Shown piece after piece: positions 39,601-53,200 of a DNA stretch of 64,000 nucleotides (its first letter is position 1; each line of letters opens with the position of its first letter). The DNA is from Auanema rhodensis (lineage: Eukaryota; Animalia; Nematoda). The notes beneath the pieces were generated by a model that had not been told where the DNA came from, searched no databases, and saw only the letters and a list, made by a program, of their open reading frames with translations. A program made the translations under genes and the position numbers. The DNA lies in the NCBI GenBank assembly GCA_964057225.1, contig OZ059894.1, positions 22,010,001 through 22,074,000 of the forward strand, in the 5' to 3' direction.

Positions 39601-41116
39601 TGCATCATTTTTCAAACGATCATAACTAATTTTTGTATTAAGCGTTTCTCAATGTAGTATAGTGCATTCGATGCGGAGTTTTAAGCTGCGTCGATCTGTG
39701 TTATCAGATTTGCGCTAGCTTAAAAATGCACCGAGATATCAACTGATATAAGTTCACACTTATATCCTCGATTTTCACCCTGAAGAATTAATTTTTTCGT
39801 TGAATAACATTGTCCATCGTCTTCGCCTTCAAAAAGAAATCTAAAAACATCTACTTTTTCCTAAATTATTTTGAAATTTTTCGAAAAAATTTTTGTCAAA
39901 ATGTTTTTGGAAGCAATGTTGAGTGTACATGGAAACTCAACATACACTAATGCATCATTTTTCAAACGATCATAACTAATTTTTGTATTAAGCGTTTCTC
40001 AATGTAGTATAGTGCATTCGATGCGGATTTTTGAGCTGCGTCGATCTGTGTTATCAGATTTGCGCTAGCTTTAAAATGCACCGAGATATCAACTGATATA
40101 AGTTCACACTTATATCCTCGATTTTCACCCTGAAGAATTAATTTTTTCGTTGAATAACATTGTCCATCGTCTTTGCCTTGAAAAAAGGAATCTAAAAACA
40201 TTTACTTTTTCCTAAATTATTTTGAAATTTTTCGAAAAAATTTTTGTCAAAATGTTTTTGGAAGCAATGTTGAGTGTACATGGAAACTCAACATACACTA
40301 ATGCATCATTTTTCAAACGATCATAACTAATTTTTGTATCAAGCGTTTCTCAATGTAGTATAGTGCATTCGATGCGGATTTTTAAGCTGCGTCGATCTGT
40401 GTTATCAGATTTGCGCTAGCTTAAAAATGCACCGATATATCAACTGATATAAGTTCACACTTATATCCTCGATTTTCACCCTGAAGAATTAATTTTTTCG
40501 TTGAATAATATTGTCCATCGTCTTTGCCTTGAAAAATGGAATCTAAAAACATCTACTTTTTGCTGAATTATCTTGAAATTTTTCGAAAACATTTTTGTCA
40601 AAATGTTTTTGGAAGCAATGTTGAGTGTACATGGAAACTCAACATACACTAATGCATCATTTTTCAAACGATCATAACTAATTTTTGTATTAAGCGTTTC
40701 TCAATGTAGTATAGTGCATTCGATGCGGATTTTTGAGCTGCGTCGATCTGTGTTATCAGATTTGCGCTAGCTTTAAAATGCACCGAGATATCAACTGATA
40801 TAAGTTCACACTTATATCCTCGATTTTCACCCTGAAGAATTAATTTTTTCGTTGAATAACATTGTCCATCGTCTTTGCCTTGAAAAAAGGAATCTAAAAA
40901 CATTTACTTTTTCCTAAATTATTTTGAAATTTTTCGAAAAAATTTTTGTCAAAATGTTTTTGGAAGCAATGTTGAGTGTACATGGAAACTCAACATACAC
41001 TAATGCATCATTTTTCAAACGATCATAACTAATTTTTGTATTAAGCGTTTCTCAATGTAGTATAGTGCATTCGATGCGGATTTTTAAGCTGCGTCGATCT
41101 GTGTTATCAGATTTGC
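18654..41116. repeat. Satellite subfamily domain Y
   Basis: Carries alleles GCTGAATT, ATCAAACG, AATTTGTGT, AACTTATT, TTCGTTGCG, GTTTACAC, CACAAATATC and CTTGGAAAA. It coincides with the ORF-track block 18715-40903. Confidence 0.85.
20058..28481. repeat. 10-monomer higher-order repeat (3510 bp), about 2.4 copies
   Basis: ORF-track markers are spaced exactly 3510 apart: 20119/23629/27139, 21172/24682/28192, 22413/25923, 22927/26437. The private allele CCGATATATCATCTG occurs near 22883 and 26393. Confidence 0.9.
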
Positions 41117-41818
41117 GCTAGCTTGAAAATGCACCGAGATATCAACTGATATAAGTTGACACTTATATCCTCGATTTTCACCCTGAAGAATTAATTTTTT
41201 CGTTGAATAACATTGTCCATCGTCTTTGCCTTAAAAACAGGAATCTAAAAACATCTACTTTTTGCTAAAATATTTTGAAATTTTTCGAAAAAATTTTTGT
41301 CAAAATGTTTTTGGAAGCAATGTTGAGTGTACATGGAAACTCAACATACACTAATGCATCATTTTTCAAACGATCATAACTAATTTTTGTATCAAGCGTT
41401 TCTTGATGAAGTATAGTGCATTCGATGCGGTTTTTCAAGCTGCGTCGATCTGTGTTATCAGATTTGCGCTAGCTTAAAAATGCACCGAGATATCAACTGA
41501 TATAAGTTCACACTTATATCCTCGATTTTCACCCTGAAGAATTAATTTTTTCGTTGAATAACCTTGTCTATCGTCTTTGCCTTGAAAAATGGAATCTAAA
41601 AACATCTACTTTTTGCTAAATTATTTTGAAATTTTTCGAAACAATTTTTGTCAAAATGTTTTTGGAAGCAATGTTGAGTGTACATGGAAACTCAACACAC
41701 ACTAATGCATCATTTTTCAAACGATCATAACTAATTTTTGTATTAAGCGTTTCTCAATGTTGTATAGTGCATTCGATGCGGATTTTTAAGCTGCGTCGAT
41801 CTGTGTTATCAGATTTGC

Positions 41819-44800
41819 GCTAGCTTAAAAATGCACCGAGATATCAACTGATATAAGTTCACACTTATATCCTCGATTTTCACCCTGAAGAATTAATTTT
41901 TTCGTTGAATAACATTGTCTATCGTCTTTGCCTTGAAAAATGGAATCTAAAAACATCTACTTTTTGCTAAATTATTTTGAAATTTTTCGAAAAAATTTTT
42001 GTCAAAATGTTTTTGGAAGCAATGTTGAGTGTACATGGAAACTCAACATACACTAATGCATCATTTTTCAAACGATCATAACTAATTTTTGTATCAAGCG
42101 TTTCTTGATGTAGTATAGTGCATTCGATGCGGATTTTTAAGCTGCGTCGATCTGTGTTATCAGATTTGCGCTAGCTTAAAAATGCACCGAGATATCAACT
42201 GATATAAGTTCACACTTATATCCTCGATTTTCACCCTGAAGAATTAATTTTTTCGTTGAATAACATTGTCTATCGTCTTTGCCTTGAAAAATGGAATCTA
42301 AAAACATCTACTTTTTGCTAAATTATTTTGAAATTTTTCGAAAAAATTTTTGTCAAAATGTTTTTTGAAGCAATGTTGAGTGTACATGGAAACTCAACAT
42401 ACACTAATGCATCATTTTTCAAACGAACATAACTAATTTTTGTATCAAGCGTTTCTCAATGTAGTATAGTGCATTCGATGCGGATTTTTAAGCTGCGTCG
42501 ATCTGTGTTATCAAATTTGCGCTAGCTTCAAAATGCACCGAGATATCAACTGATATAAGTTCACACTTATATCCTCGATTTTCACCCTGAAGAATTAATT
42601 TTTTCGTTGAATAACATTGTCCATCGTCTTTGCCTTAAAAACAGGAATCTAAAAACATCTACTTTTTGCTAAATTATTATGAAATTTTTCGAAAACATTT
42701 TTGTCAAAATGTTTTTGGAAGCAATGTTGAGTGTACATGGAAACTCAACATACACTAATGCATCATTTTTCAAACGATCATAACTAATTTTTGTATTAAG
42801 CGTTTCTCAATGTAGTATAGTGCATTCGATGCGGATTTTTAAGCTGCGTCGATCTGTGTTATCAGATTTGCGCTAGCTTAAAAATGCACCGAGATATCAA
42901 CTGATATAAGTTCACACTTATATCCTCGATTTTCACCCTGAAGAATCAATTTTTTCGTTGAATAACATTGTCCATCGTCTTTGCCTCAAAAAAAGGAATC
43001 TAAAAACATCTACTTTTTGCTAAATTATTTTGAAATTTTTCGAAAAAATTTTTGTCAAAATGTTTTTTGAAGCAATGTTGAGTGTACATGGAAACTCAAC
43101 ACACACTAATGCATCATTTTTCAAACGATCATAACTAATTTTTGTATTAAGCGTTTCTCAATGTTGTATAGTGCATTCGATGCGGATTTTTAAGCTGCGT
43201 CGATCTGTGTTATCAGATTTGCGCTAGCTTAAAAATGCACCGAGATATCAACTGATATAAGTTCACACTTATATCCTCGATTTTCACCCTGAAGAATTAA
43301 TTTTTTCGTTGAATAACATTGTCTATCGTCTTTGCCTTGAAAAATGGAATCTAAAAACATCTACTTTTTGCTAAATTATTTTGAAATTTTTCGAAAAAAT
43401 TTTTGTCAAAATGTTTTTGGAAGCAATGTTGAGTGTACATGGAAACTCAACATACACTAATGCATCATTTTTCAAACGATCATAACTAATTTTTGTATCA
43501 AGCGTTTCTTGATGTAGTATAGTGCATTCGATGCGGATTTTTAAGCTGCGTCGATCTGTGTTATCAGATTTGCGCTAGCTTAAAAATGCACCGAGATATC
43601 AACTGATATAAGTTCACACTTATATCCTCGATTTTCACCCTGAAGAATCAATTTTTTCGTTGAATAACATTGTCCATCGTCTTTGCCTCAAAAAAAGGAA
43701 TCTAAAAACATCTACTTTTTGCTAAATTATTTTGAAATTTTTCGAAAAAATTTTTGTCAAAATGTTTTTTGAAGCAATGTTGAGTGTACATGGAAACTCA
43801 ACACACACTAATGCATCATTTTTCAAACGATCATAACTAATTTTTGTATTAAGCGTTTCTCAATGTTGTATAGTGCATTCGATGCGGATTTTTAAGCTGC
43901 GTCGATCTGTGTTATCAGATTTGCGCTAGCTTAAAAATGCACCGAGATATCAACTGATATAAGTTCACACTTATATCCTCGATTTTCACCCTGAAGAATT
44001 AATTTTTTCGTTGAATAACATTGTCCATCGTCTTTGCCTTAAAAACAGGAATCTAAAAACATCTACTTTTTGCTAAAATATTTTGAAATTTTTCGAAAAA
44101 ATTTTTGTCAAAATGTTTTTGGAAGCAATGTTGAGTGTACATGGAAACTCAACATACACTAATGCATCATTTTTCAAACGATCATAACTAATTTTTGTAT
44201 CAAGCGTTTCTCAATGTTGTATAGTGCATTCGATGCGGATTTTTAAGCTGCGTCGATCTGTGTTATCAGATTTGCGCTAGCTTAAAAATGCACCGAGATA
44301 TCAACTGATATAAGTTCACACTTATATCCTCGATTTTCACCCTGAAGAATTAATTTTTTTGTTGAATAACATTGTCTATCGTCTTTGCCTTGAAAAATGG
44401 AATCTAAAAACATCTACTTTTTGCTAAATTATTTTGAAATTTTTCGAAAAAATTTTTGTCAAAATGTTTTTGGAAGCAATGTTGAGTGTACATGGAAACT
44501 CAACATACACTAATGCATCATTTTTCAAACGATCATAACTAATTTTTGTATCAAGCGTTTCTTGATGTAGTATAGTGCATTCGATGCGGATTTTTAAGCT
44601 GCGTCGATCTGTGTTATCAGATTTGCGCTAGCTTAAAAATGCACCGAGATATCAACTGATATAAGTTCACACTTATATCCTCGATTTTCACCCTGAAGAA
44701 TTAATTTTTTCGTTGAATAACATTGTCTATCGTCTTTGCCTTGAAAAATGGAATCTAAAAACATCTACTTTTTGCTAAATTATTTTGAAATTTTTCGAAA

Positions 44801-46733
44801 AAATTTTTGTCAAAATGTTTTTTGAAGCAATGTTGAGTGTACATGGAAACTCAACATACACTAATGCATCATTTTTCAAACGAACATAACTAATTTTTGT
44901 ATCAAGCGTTTCTCAATGTAGTATAGTGCATTCGATGCGGATTTTTAAGCTGCGTCGATCTGTGTTATCAAATTTGCGCTAGCTTCAAAATGCACCGAGA
45001 TATCAACTGATATAAGTTCACACTTATATCCTCGATTTTCACCCTGAAGAATTAATTTTTTCGTTGAATAACATTGTCCATCGTCTTTGCCTTAAAAACA
45101 GGAATCTAAAAACATCTACTTTTTGCTAAATTATTATGAAATTTTTCGAAAAAATTTTTGTCAAAATATTTTTGGAAGCAATGTTGAGTGTACATGGAAA
45201 CTCAACATACACTAATGCATCATTTTTCAAACGATCATAACTAATTTTTGTATTAAGCGTTTCTCAATGTAGTATAGTGCATTCGATGCGGATTTTTAAG
45301 CTGCGTCGATCTGTGTTATCAGATTTGCGCTAGCTTAAAAATGCACCGAGATATCAACTGATATAAGTTCACACTTATATCCTCGATTTTCACCCTGAAG
45401 AATCAATTTTTTCGTTGAATAACATTGTCCATCGTCTTTGCCTCAAAAAAAGGAATCTAAAAACATCTACTTTTTGCTAAATTATTTTGAAATTTTTCGA
45501 AAAAATTTTTGTCAAAATGTTTTTTGAAGCAATGTTGAGTGTACATGGAAACTCAACACACACTAATGCATCATTTTTCAAACGATCATAACTAATTTTT
45601 GTATTAAGCGTTTCTCAATGTTGTATAGTGCATTCGATGCGGATTTTTAAGCTGCGTCGATCTGTGTTATCAGATTTGCGCTAGCTTAAAAATGCACCGA
45701 GATATCAACTGATATAAGTTCACACTTATATCCTCGATTTTCACCCTGAAGAATTAATTTTTTCGTTGAATAACATTGTCTATCGTCTTTGCCTTGAAAA
45801 ATGGAATCTAAAAACATCTACTTTTTGCTAAATTATTTTGAAATTTTTCGAAAAAATTTTTGTCAAAATGTTTTTGGAAGCAATGTTGAGTGTACATGGA
45901 AACTCAACATACACTAATGCATCATTTTTCAAACGATCATAACTAATTTTTGTATCAAGCGTTTCTTGATGTAGTATAGTGCATTCGATGCGGATTTTTA
46001 AGCTGCGTCGATCTGTGTTATCAGATTTGCGCTAGCTTAAAAATGCACCGAGATATCAACTGATATAAGTTCACACTTATATCCTCGATTTTCACCCTGA
46101 AGAATCAATTTTTTCGTTGAATAACATTGTCCATCGTCTTTGCCTCAAAAAAAGGAATCTAAAAACATCTACTTTTTGCTAAATTATTTTGAAATTTTTC
46201 GAAAAAAATTTTTGTCAAAATGTTTTTTGAAGCAATGTTGAGTGTACATGGAAACTCAACACACACTAATGCATCATTTTTCAAACGATCATAACTAATT
46301 TTTGTATTAAGCGTTTCTCAATGTTGTATAGTGCATTCGATGCGGATTTTTAAGCTGCGTCGATCTGTGTTATCAGATTTGCGCTAGCTTAAAAATGCAC
46401 CGAGATATCAACTGATATAAGTTCACACTTATATCCTCGATTTTCACCCTGAAGAATTAATTTTTTCGTTGAATAACATTGTCCATCGTCTTTGCCTTAA
46501 AAACAGGAATCTAAAAACATCTACTTTTTGCTAAAATATTTTGAAATTTTTCGAAAAAATTTTTGTCAAAATGTTTTTGGAAGCAATGTTGAGTGTACAT
46601 GGAAACTCAACATACACTAATGCATCATTTTTCAAACGATCATAACTAATTTTTGTATCAAGCGTTTCTTGATGTAGTATAGTGCATTCGATGCGGATTT
46701 TTAAGCTGCGTCGATCTGTGTTATCAGATTTGC
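41819..46733. repeat. 7-monomer higher-order repeat (2457 bp) x2
   Basis: GCTAGCTTCAAAATG monomers start at 42521 and 44978. AATCAAT/CCTCAA monomers start at 42872 and 43574, then 45329 and 46031. AAAATATT monomers start at 43925 and 46383. Confidence 0.85.
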
Positions 46734-48137
46734 GCTAGCTTAAAAATGCACCGAGATATCAACTGATATAAGTTCACACTTATATCCTCGATTTTCACCC
46801 TGAAGAATTAATTTTTTCGTTGAATAACCTTGTCTATCGTCTTTGCCTTGAAAAATGGAATCTAAAAACATCTACTTTTTGCTAAATTATTATGAAATTT
46901 TTCGAAAAAATTTTTGTCAAAATGTTTTTGGAAGCAATGTTGAGTGTACATGGAAACTCAACATACACTAATGCATCATTTTTCAAACGATCATAACTAA
47001 TTTTTGTATTAAGCGTTTCTCAATGTTGTATAGTGCATTCGATGCGGATTTTTAAGCTGCGTCGATCTGTGTTATCAGATTTGCGCTAGCTTAAAAATGC
47101 ACCGAGATATCAACTGATATAAGTTCACACTTATATCCTCGATTTTCACCCTGAAGAATTAATTTTTTCGTTGAATAACATTGTCTATCGTCTTTGCCTT
47201 GAAAAATGGAATCTAAAAACATCTACTTTTTGCTAAATTATTTTGAAATTTTTCGAAAAAATTTTTGTCAAAATGTTTTTGGAAGCAATGTTGAGTGTAC
47301 ATGGAAACTCAACATACACTAATGCATCATTTTTCAAACGATCATAACTAATTTTTGTATTAAGCGTTTCTCAATGTAGTATAGGGCATTCGATGCGGAT
47401 TTTTAAGCTGCGTCGATCTGTGTTATCAGATTTGCGCTAGCTTAAAAATGCACCGAGATATCAACTGATATAAGTTCACACTTATATCCTCGATTTTCAC
47501 CCTGAAGAATTAATTTTTTCGTTGAATAACCTTGTCTATCGTCTTTGCCTTGAAAAATGGAATCTAAAAACATCTACTTTTTGCTAAATTATTATGAAAT
47601 TTTTCGAAAAAATTTTTGTCAAAATGTTTTTGGAAGCAATGTTGAGTGTACATGGAAACTCAACATACACTAATGCATCATTTTTCAAACGATCATAACT
47701 AATTTTTGTATTAAGCGTTTCTCAATGTTGTATAGTGCATTCGATGCGGATTTTTAAGCTGCGTCGATCTGTGTTATCAGATTTGCGCTAGCTTAAAAAT
47801 GCACCGAGATATCAACTGATATAAGTTCACACTTATATCCTCGATTTTCACCCTGAAGAATTAATTTTTTCGTTGAATAACATTGTCTATCGTCTTTGCC
47901 TTGAAAAATGGAATCTAAAAACATCTACTTTTTGCTAAATTATTTTGAAATTTTTCGAAAAAATTTTTGTCAAAATGTTTTTGGAAGCAATGTTGAGTGT
48001 ACATGGAAACTCAACATACACTAATGCATCATTTTTCAAACGATCATAACTAATTTTTGTATTAAGCGTTTCTCAATGTAGTATAGGGCATTCGATGCGG
48101 ATTTTTAAGCTGCGTCGATCTGTGTTATCAGATTTGC
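46734..48137. repeat. 2-monomer repeat (702 bp) x2
   Basis: The private allele ATAGGGCATT occurs at 47381 and 48083, alternating with AACCTTG+TATTATG monomers. Confidence 0.8.
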
Positions 48138-50243
48138 GCTAGCTTAAAAATGCACCGAGATATCAACTGATATAAGTTCACACTTATATCCTCGATTTTC
48201 ACCCTGAAGAATTAATTTTTTCGTTGAATAACATTGTCTATCGTCTTTGCCTTGAAAAATGGAATCTAAAAACATCTACTTTTTGCTAAATTATTTTGAA
48301 ATTTTTCGAAAAAATTTTTGTCAAAATGTTTTTGGAAGCAATGTTGAGTGTACATGGAAACTCAACATACACTAATGCATCATTTTTCAAACGATCATAA
48401 CTAATTTTTGTATCAAGCGTTTCTTGATGTAGTATAGTGCATTCGATGCGGATTTTTAAGCTGCGTCGATCTGTGTTATCAGATTTGCGCTAGCTTAAAA
48501 ATGCACCGAGATATCAACTGATATAAGTTCACACTTATATCCTCGATTTTCACCCTGAAGAATTAATTTTTTCGTTGAATAACATTGTCCATCGTCTTTG
48601 CCTTAAAAACAGGAATCTAAAAACATCTACTTTTTGCTAAAATATTTTGAAATTTTTCGAAAAAATTTTTGTCAAAATGTTTTTGGAAGCAATGTTGAGT
48701 GTACATGGAAACTCAACATACACTAATGCATCATTTTTCAAACGATCATAACTAATTTTTGTATCAAGCGTTTCTTGATGTAGTATAGTGCATTCGATGC
48801 GGATTTTTAAGCTGCGTCGATCTGTGTTATCAGATTTGCGCTAGCTTAAAAATGCACCGAGATATCAACTGATATAAGTTCACACTTATATCCTCGATTT
48901 TCACCCTGAAGAATTAATTTTTTCGTTGAATAACCTTGTCTATCGTCTTTGCCTTGAAAAATGGAATCTAAAAACATCTACTTTTTGCTAAATTATTTTG
49001 AAATTTTTCGAAAAAATTTTTGTCAAAATGTTTTTGGAAGCAATGTTGAGTGTACATGGAAACTCAACACACACTAATGCATCATTTTTCAAACGATCAT
49101 AACTAATTTTTGTATTAAGCGTTTCTCAATGTTGTATAGTGCATTCGATGCGGATTTTTAAGCTGCGTCGATCTGTGTTATCAGATTTGCGCTAGCTTAA
49201 AAATGCACCGAGATATCAACTGATATAAGTTCACACTTATATCCTCGATTTTCACCCTGAAGAATTAATTTTTTCGTTGAATAACATTGTCTATCGTCTT
49301 TGCCTTGAAAAATGGAATCTAAAAACATCTACTTTTTGCTAAATTATTTTGAAATTTTTCGAAAAAATTTTTGTCAAAATGTTTTTTGAAGCAATGTTGA
49401 GTGTACATGGAAACTCAACATACACTAATGCATCATTTTTCAAACGAACATAACTAATTTTTGTATCAAGCGTTTCTCAATGTAGTATAGTGCATTCGAT
49501 GCGGATTTTTAAGCTGCGTCGATCTGTGTTATCAAATTTGCGCTAGCTTCAAAATGCACCGAGATATCAACTGATATAAGTTCACACTTATATCCTCGAT
49601 TTTCACCCTGAAGAATTAATTTTTTCGTTGAATAACATTGTCCATCGTCTTTGCCTCAAAAAAAGGAATCTAAAAACATCTACTTTTTGCTAAATTATTT
49701 TGAAATTTTTCGAAAAAATTTTTGTCAAAATGTTTTTTGAAGCAATGTTGAGTGTACATGGAAACTCAACATACACTAATGCATCATTTTTCAAACGAAC
49801 ATAACTAATTTTTGTATCAAGCGTTTCTCAATGTAGTATAGTGCATTCGATGCGGATTTTTAAGCTGCGTCGATCTGTGTTATCAAATTTGCGCTAGCTT
49901 AAAAATGCACCGAGATATCAACTGATATAAGTTCACACTTATATCCTCGATTTTCACCCTGAAGAATTAATTTTTTCGTTGAATAACATTGTCCATCGTC
50001 TTTGCCTTAAAAACAGGAATCTAAAAACATCTACTTTTTGCTAAATTATTATGAAATTTTTCGAAAAAATTTTTGTCAAAATGTTTTTGGAAGCAATGTT
50101 GAGTGTACATGGAAACTCAACATACACTAATGCATCATTTTTCAAACGATCATAACTAATTTTTGTATTAAGCGTTTCTCAATGTAGTATAGTGCATTCG
50201 ATGCGGATTTTTAAGCTGCGTCGATCTGTGTTATCAGATTTGC

Positions 50244-53200
50244 GCTAGCTTAAAAATGCACCGAGATATCAACTGATATAAGTTCACACTTATATCCTCG
50301 ATTTTCACCATGAAGAATTAATTTTTTCGTTGAATAACATTGTCCATCGTCTTTGCCTTGAAAAAAGGAATCTAAAAACATCTACTTTTTGCTGAATTAT
50401 TTTGAAATTTTTCGAAAAAATTTTTGTCAAAATGTTTTTGGAAGCAATGTTGAGTGTACATGAAAACTCAACATACACTAATGCATCATTTTTCAAACGA
50501 TCATAACTAATTTTTGTATCAAACGTTTCTCAATGTAGTATTGTGCATTCGATGCGGATTTTTAAGCTGCGTCGATCTGTGTTATCAGATTTGCGCTAGC
50601 TTAAAAATGCACCGAGATATCAACTGATATAAGTTCACACTTATATCCTCGATTTTCACCCTGAAGAATTAATTTTTTCGTTGAATAACATTGTCCATCG
50701 TCTTTGCCTTGAAAAAAGGAATCTAAAAACATCTACTTTTTGCTGAATTATTTTGAAATTTTTCGAAAAAATTTTTGTCAAAATGTTTTTGGAAGCAATG
50801 TTGAGTGTACATGGAAACTCAACATACACTAATGCATCATTTTTCAAACGATCATAACTAATTTTTGTATTAAGCGTTTCTCAATGTAGTATAGTGCATT
50901 CGATGCGGATTTTTAAGCTGCGTCGATCTGTGTTATAAGATTTGCGCTAGCTTAAAAATGCACCGAGATATCAACTGATATAAGTTTACACTTATATCCT
51001 CGATTTTCACCCTGAAGAATTAATTTTTTCGTTGAATAACATTGTCCATCGTCTTTGCCTTGAAAAATGGAATCTAAAAACATCTACTTTTTGCTAAATT
51101 ATTTTGAAATTTTTCGAAAAAATTTTTGTCAAAATGTTTTTGGAAGCAATGTTGAGTGTACATGGAAACTCAACACACACTAATGCATCATTTTTCAAAC
51201 GATCATAACTAATTTGTGTATTAAGCGTTTCTCAATGTAGTATAGTGCATTCGATGCGGATTTTTAAGCTGCGTCGATCTGTGTTATCAGATTTGCGCTA
51301 GCTTAAAAATGCACCGAGATATCAACTGATATAAGTTCACACTTATATCCTCGATTTTCACCCTGAAGAATTAATTTTTTCGTTGAATAACATTGTCCAT
51401 CGTCTTTGCCTTGAAAAAAGGAATCTAAAAACATCTACTTTTTGCTAAATTATTTTGAAATTTTTCGAAAAAATTTTTGTCAAAATGTTTTTGGAAGCAA
51501 TGTTGAGTGTACATGGAAACTCAACATACACTAATGCATCATTTTTCAAACGATCATAACTAATTTGTGTATTAAGCGTTTCTCAATGTAGTATAGTGCA
51601 TTCGATGCGGATTTTTAAGCTGCGTCGATCTGTGTTATCAGATTTGCGCTAGCTTAAAAATGCACCGAGATATCAACTGATATAAGTTCACACTTATATC
51701 CTCGATTTTCACCCTGAAGAATTAATTTTTTCGTTGAATAACATTGTCCATCGTCTTTGCCTTAAAAAAAGGAATCTAAAAACATCTACTTTTTGCTAAA
51801 TTATTTTGAATTTTTTCGAAAAAATTTTTGTCAAAATGTTTTTGGAAGCAATGTTGAGTGTACATGGAAACTCAACATACACTAATGCATCATTTTTCAA
51901 ACGATCATAACTAATTTTTGTATCAAACGTTTCTCAATGTAGTATAGTGCATTCGATGCGGATTTTTAAGCTGCGTCGATCTGTGTTATCAGATTTGCGC
52001 TAGCTTAAAAATGCACCGAGATATCAACTGATATAAGTTCACACTTATATCCTCGATTTTCACCCTGAAGAATTAATTTTTTCGTTGAATAACATTGTCC
52101 ATCGTCTTTGCCTTGAAAAAAGGAATCTAAAAACATCTACTTTTTGCTGAATTATTTTGAAATTTTTCGAAAAAATTTTTGTCAAAATGTTTTTGGAAGC
52201 AATGTTGAGTGTACATGGAAACTCAACATACACTAATGCATCATTTTTCAAACGATCATAACTAATTTGTGTATTAAGCGTTTCTCAATGTAGTATAGTG
52301 CATTCGATGCGGATTTTTAAGCTGCGTCGATCTGTGTTATCAGATTTGCGCTAGCTTAAAAATGCACCGAGATATCAACTGATATAAGTTCACACTTATA
52401 TCCTCGATTTTCACCCTGAAGAATTAATTTTTTCGTTGAATAACATTGTCCATCGTCTTTGCCTTGAAAAAAGGAATCTAAAAACATCTACTTTTTGCTA
52501 AATTATTTTGAAATTTTTCGAAAAAATTTTTGTCAAAATGTTTTTGGAAGCAATGTTGAGTGTACATGGAAACTCAACATACACTAATGCATCATTTTTC
52601 AAACGATCATAACTAATTTGTGTATTAAGCGTTTCTCAATGTAGTATAGTGCATTCGATGCGGATTTTTAAGCTGCGTCGATCTGTGTTATCAGATTTGC
52701 GCTAGCTTAAAAATGCACCGAGATATCAACTGATATAAGTTCACACTTATATCCTCGATTTTCACCCTGAAGAATTAATTTTTTCGTTGAATAACATTGT
52801 CCATCGTCTTTGCCTTAAAAAAAGGAATCTAAAAACATCTACTTTTTGCTAAATTATTTTGAAATTTTTCGAAAAAATTTTTGTCAAAATGTTTTTGGAA
52901 GCAATGTTGAGTGTACATGGAAACTCAACATACACTAATGCATCATTTTTCAAACGATCATAACTAATTTTTGTATCAAACGTTTCTCAATGTAGTATAG
53001 TGCATTCGATGCGGATTTTTAAGCTGCGTCGATCTGTGTTATCAGATTTGCGCTAGCTTAAAAATGCACCGAGATATCAACTGATATAAGTTCACACTTA
53101 TATCCTCGATTTTCACCCTGAAGAATTAATTTTTTCGTTGAATAACATTGTCCATCGTCTTTGCCTTGAAAAAAGGAATCTAAAAACATCTACTTTTTGC

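Larger units (their letters stand above)
41117..50243. repeat. Satellite subfamily domain X' (X alleles return)
   Basis: GTCTATCG, CTTGATG, ACGAAC, CTTCAAAATG and CCTCAAAA reappear. The ORF track is empty from 40904 to 50304. Confidence 0.85.
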
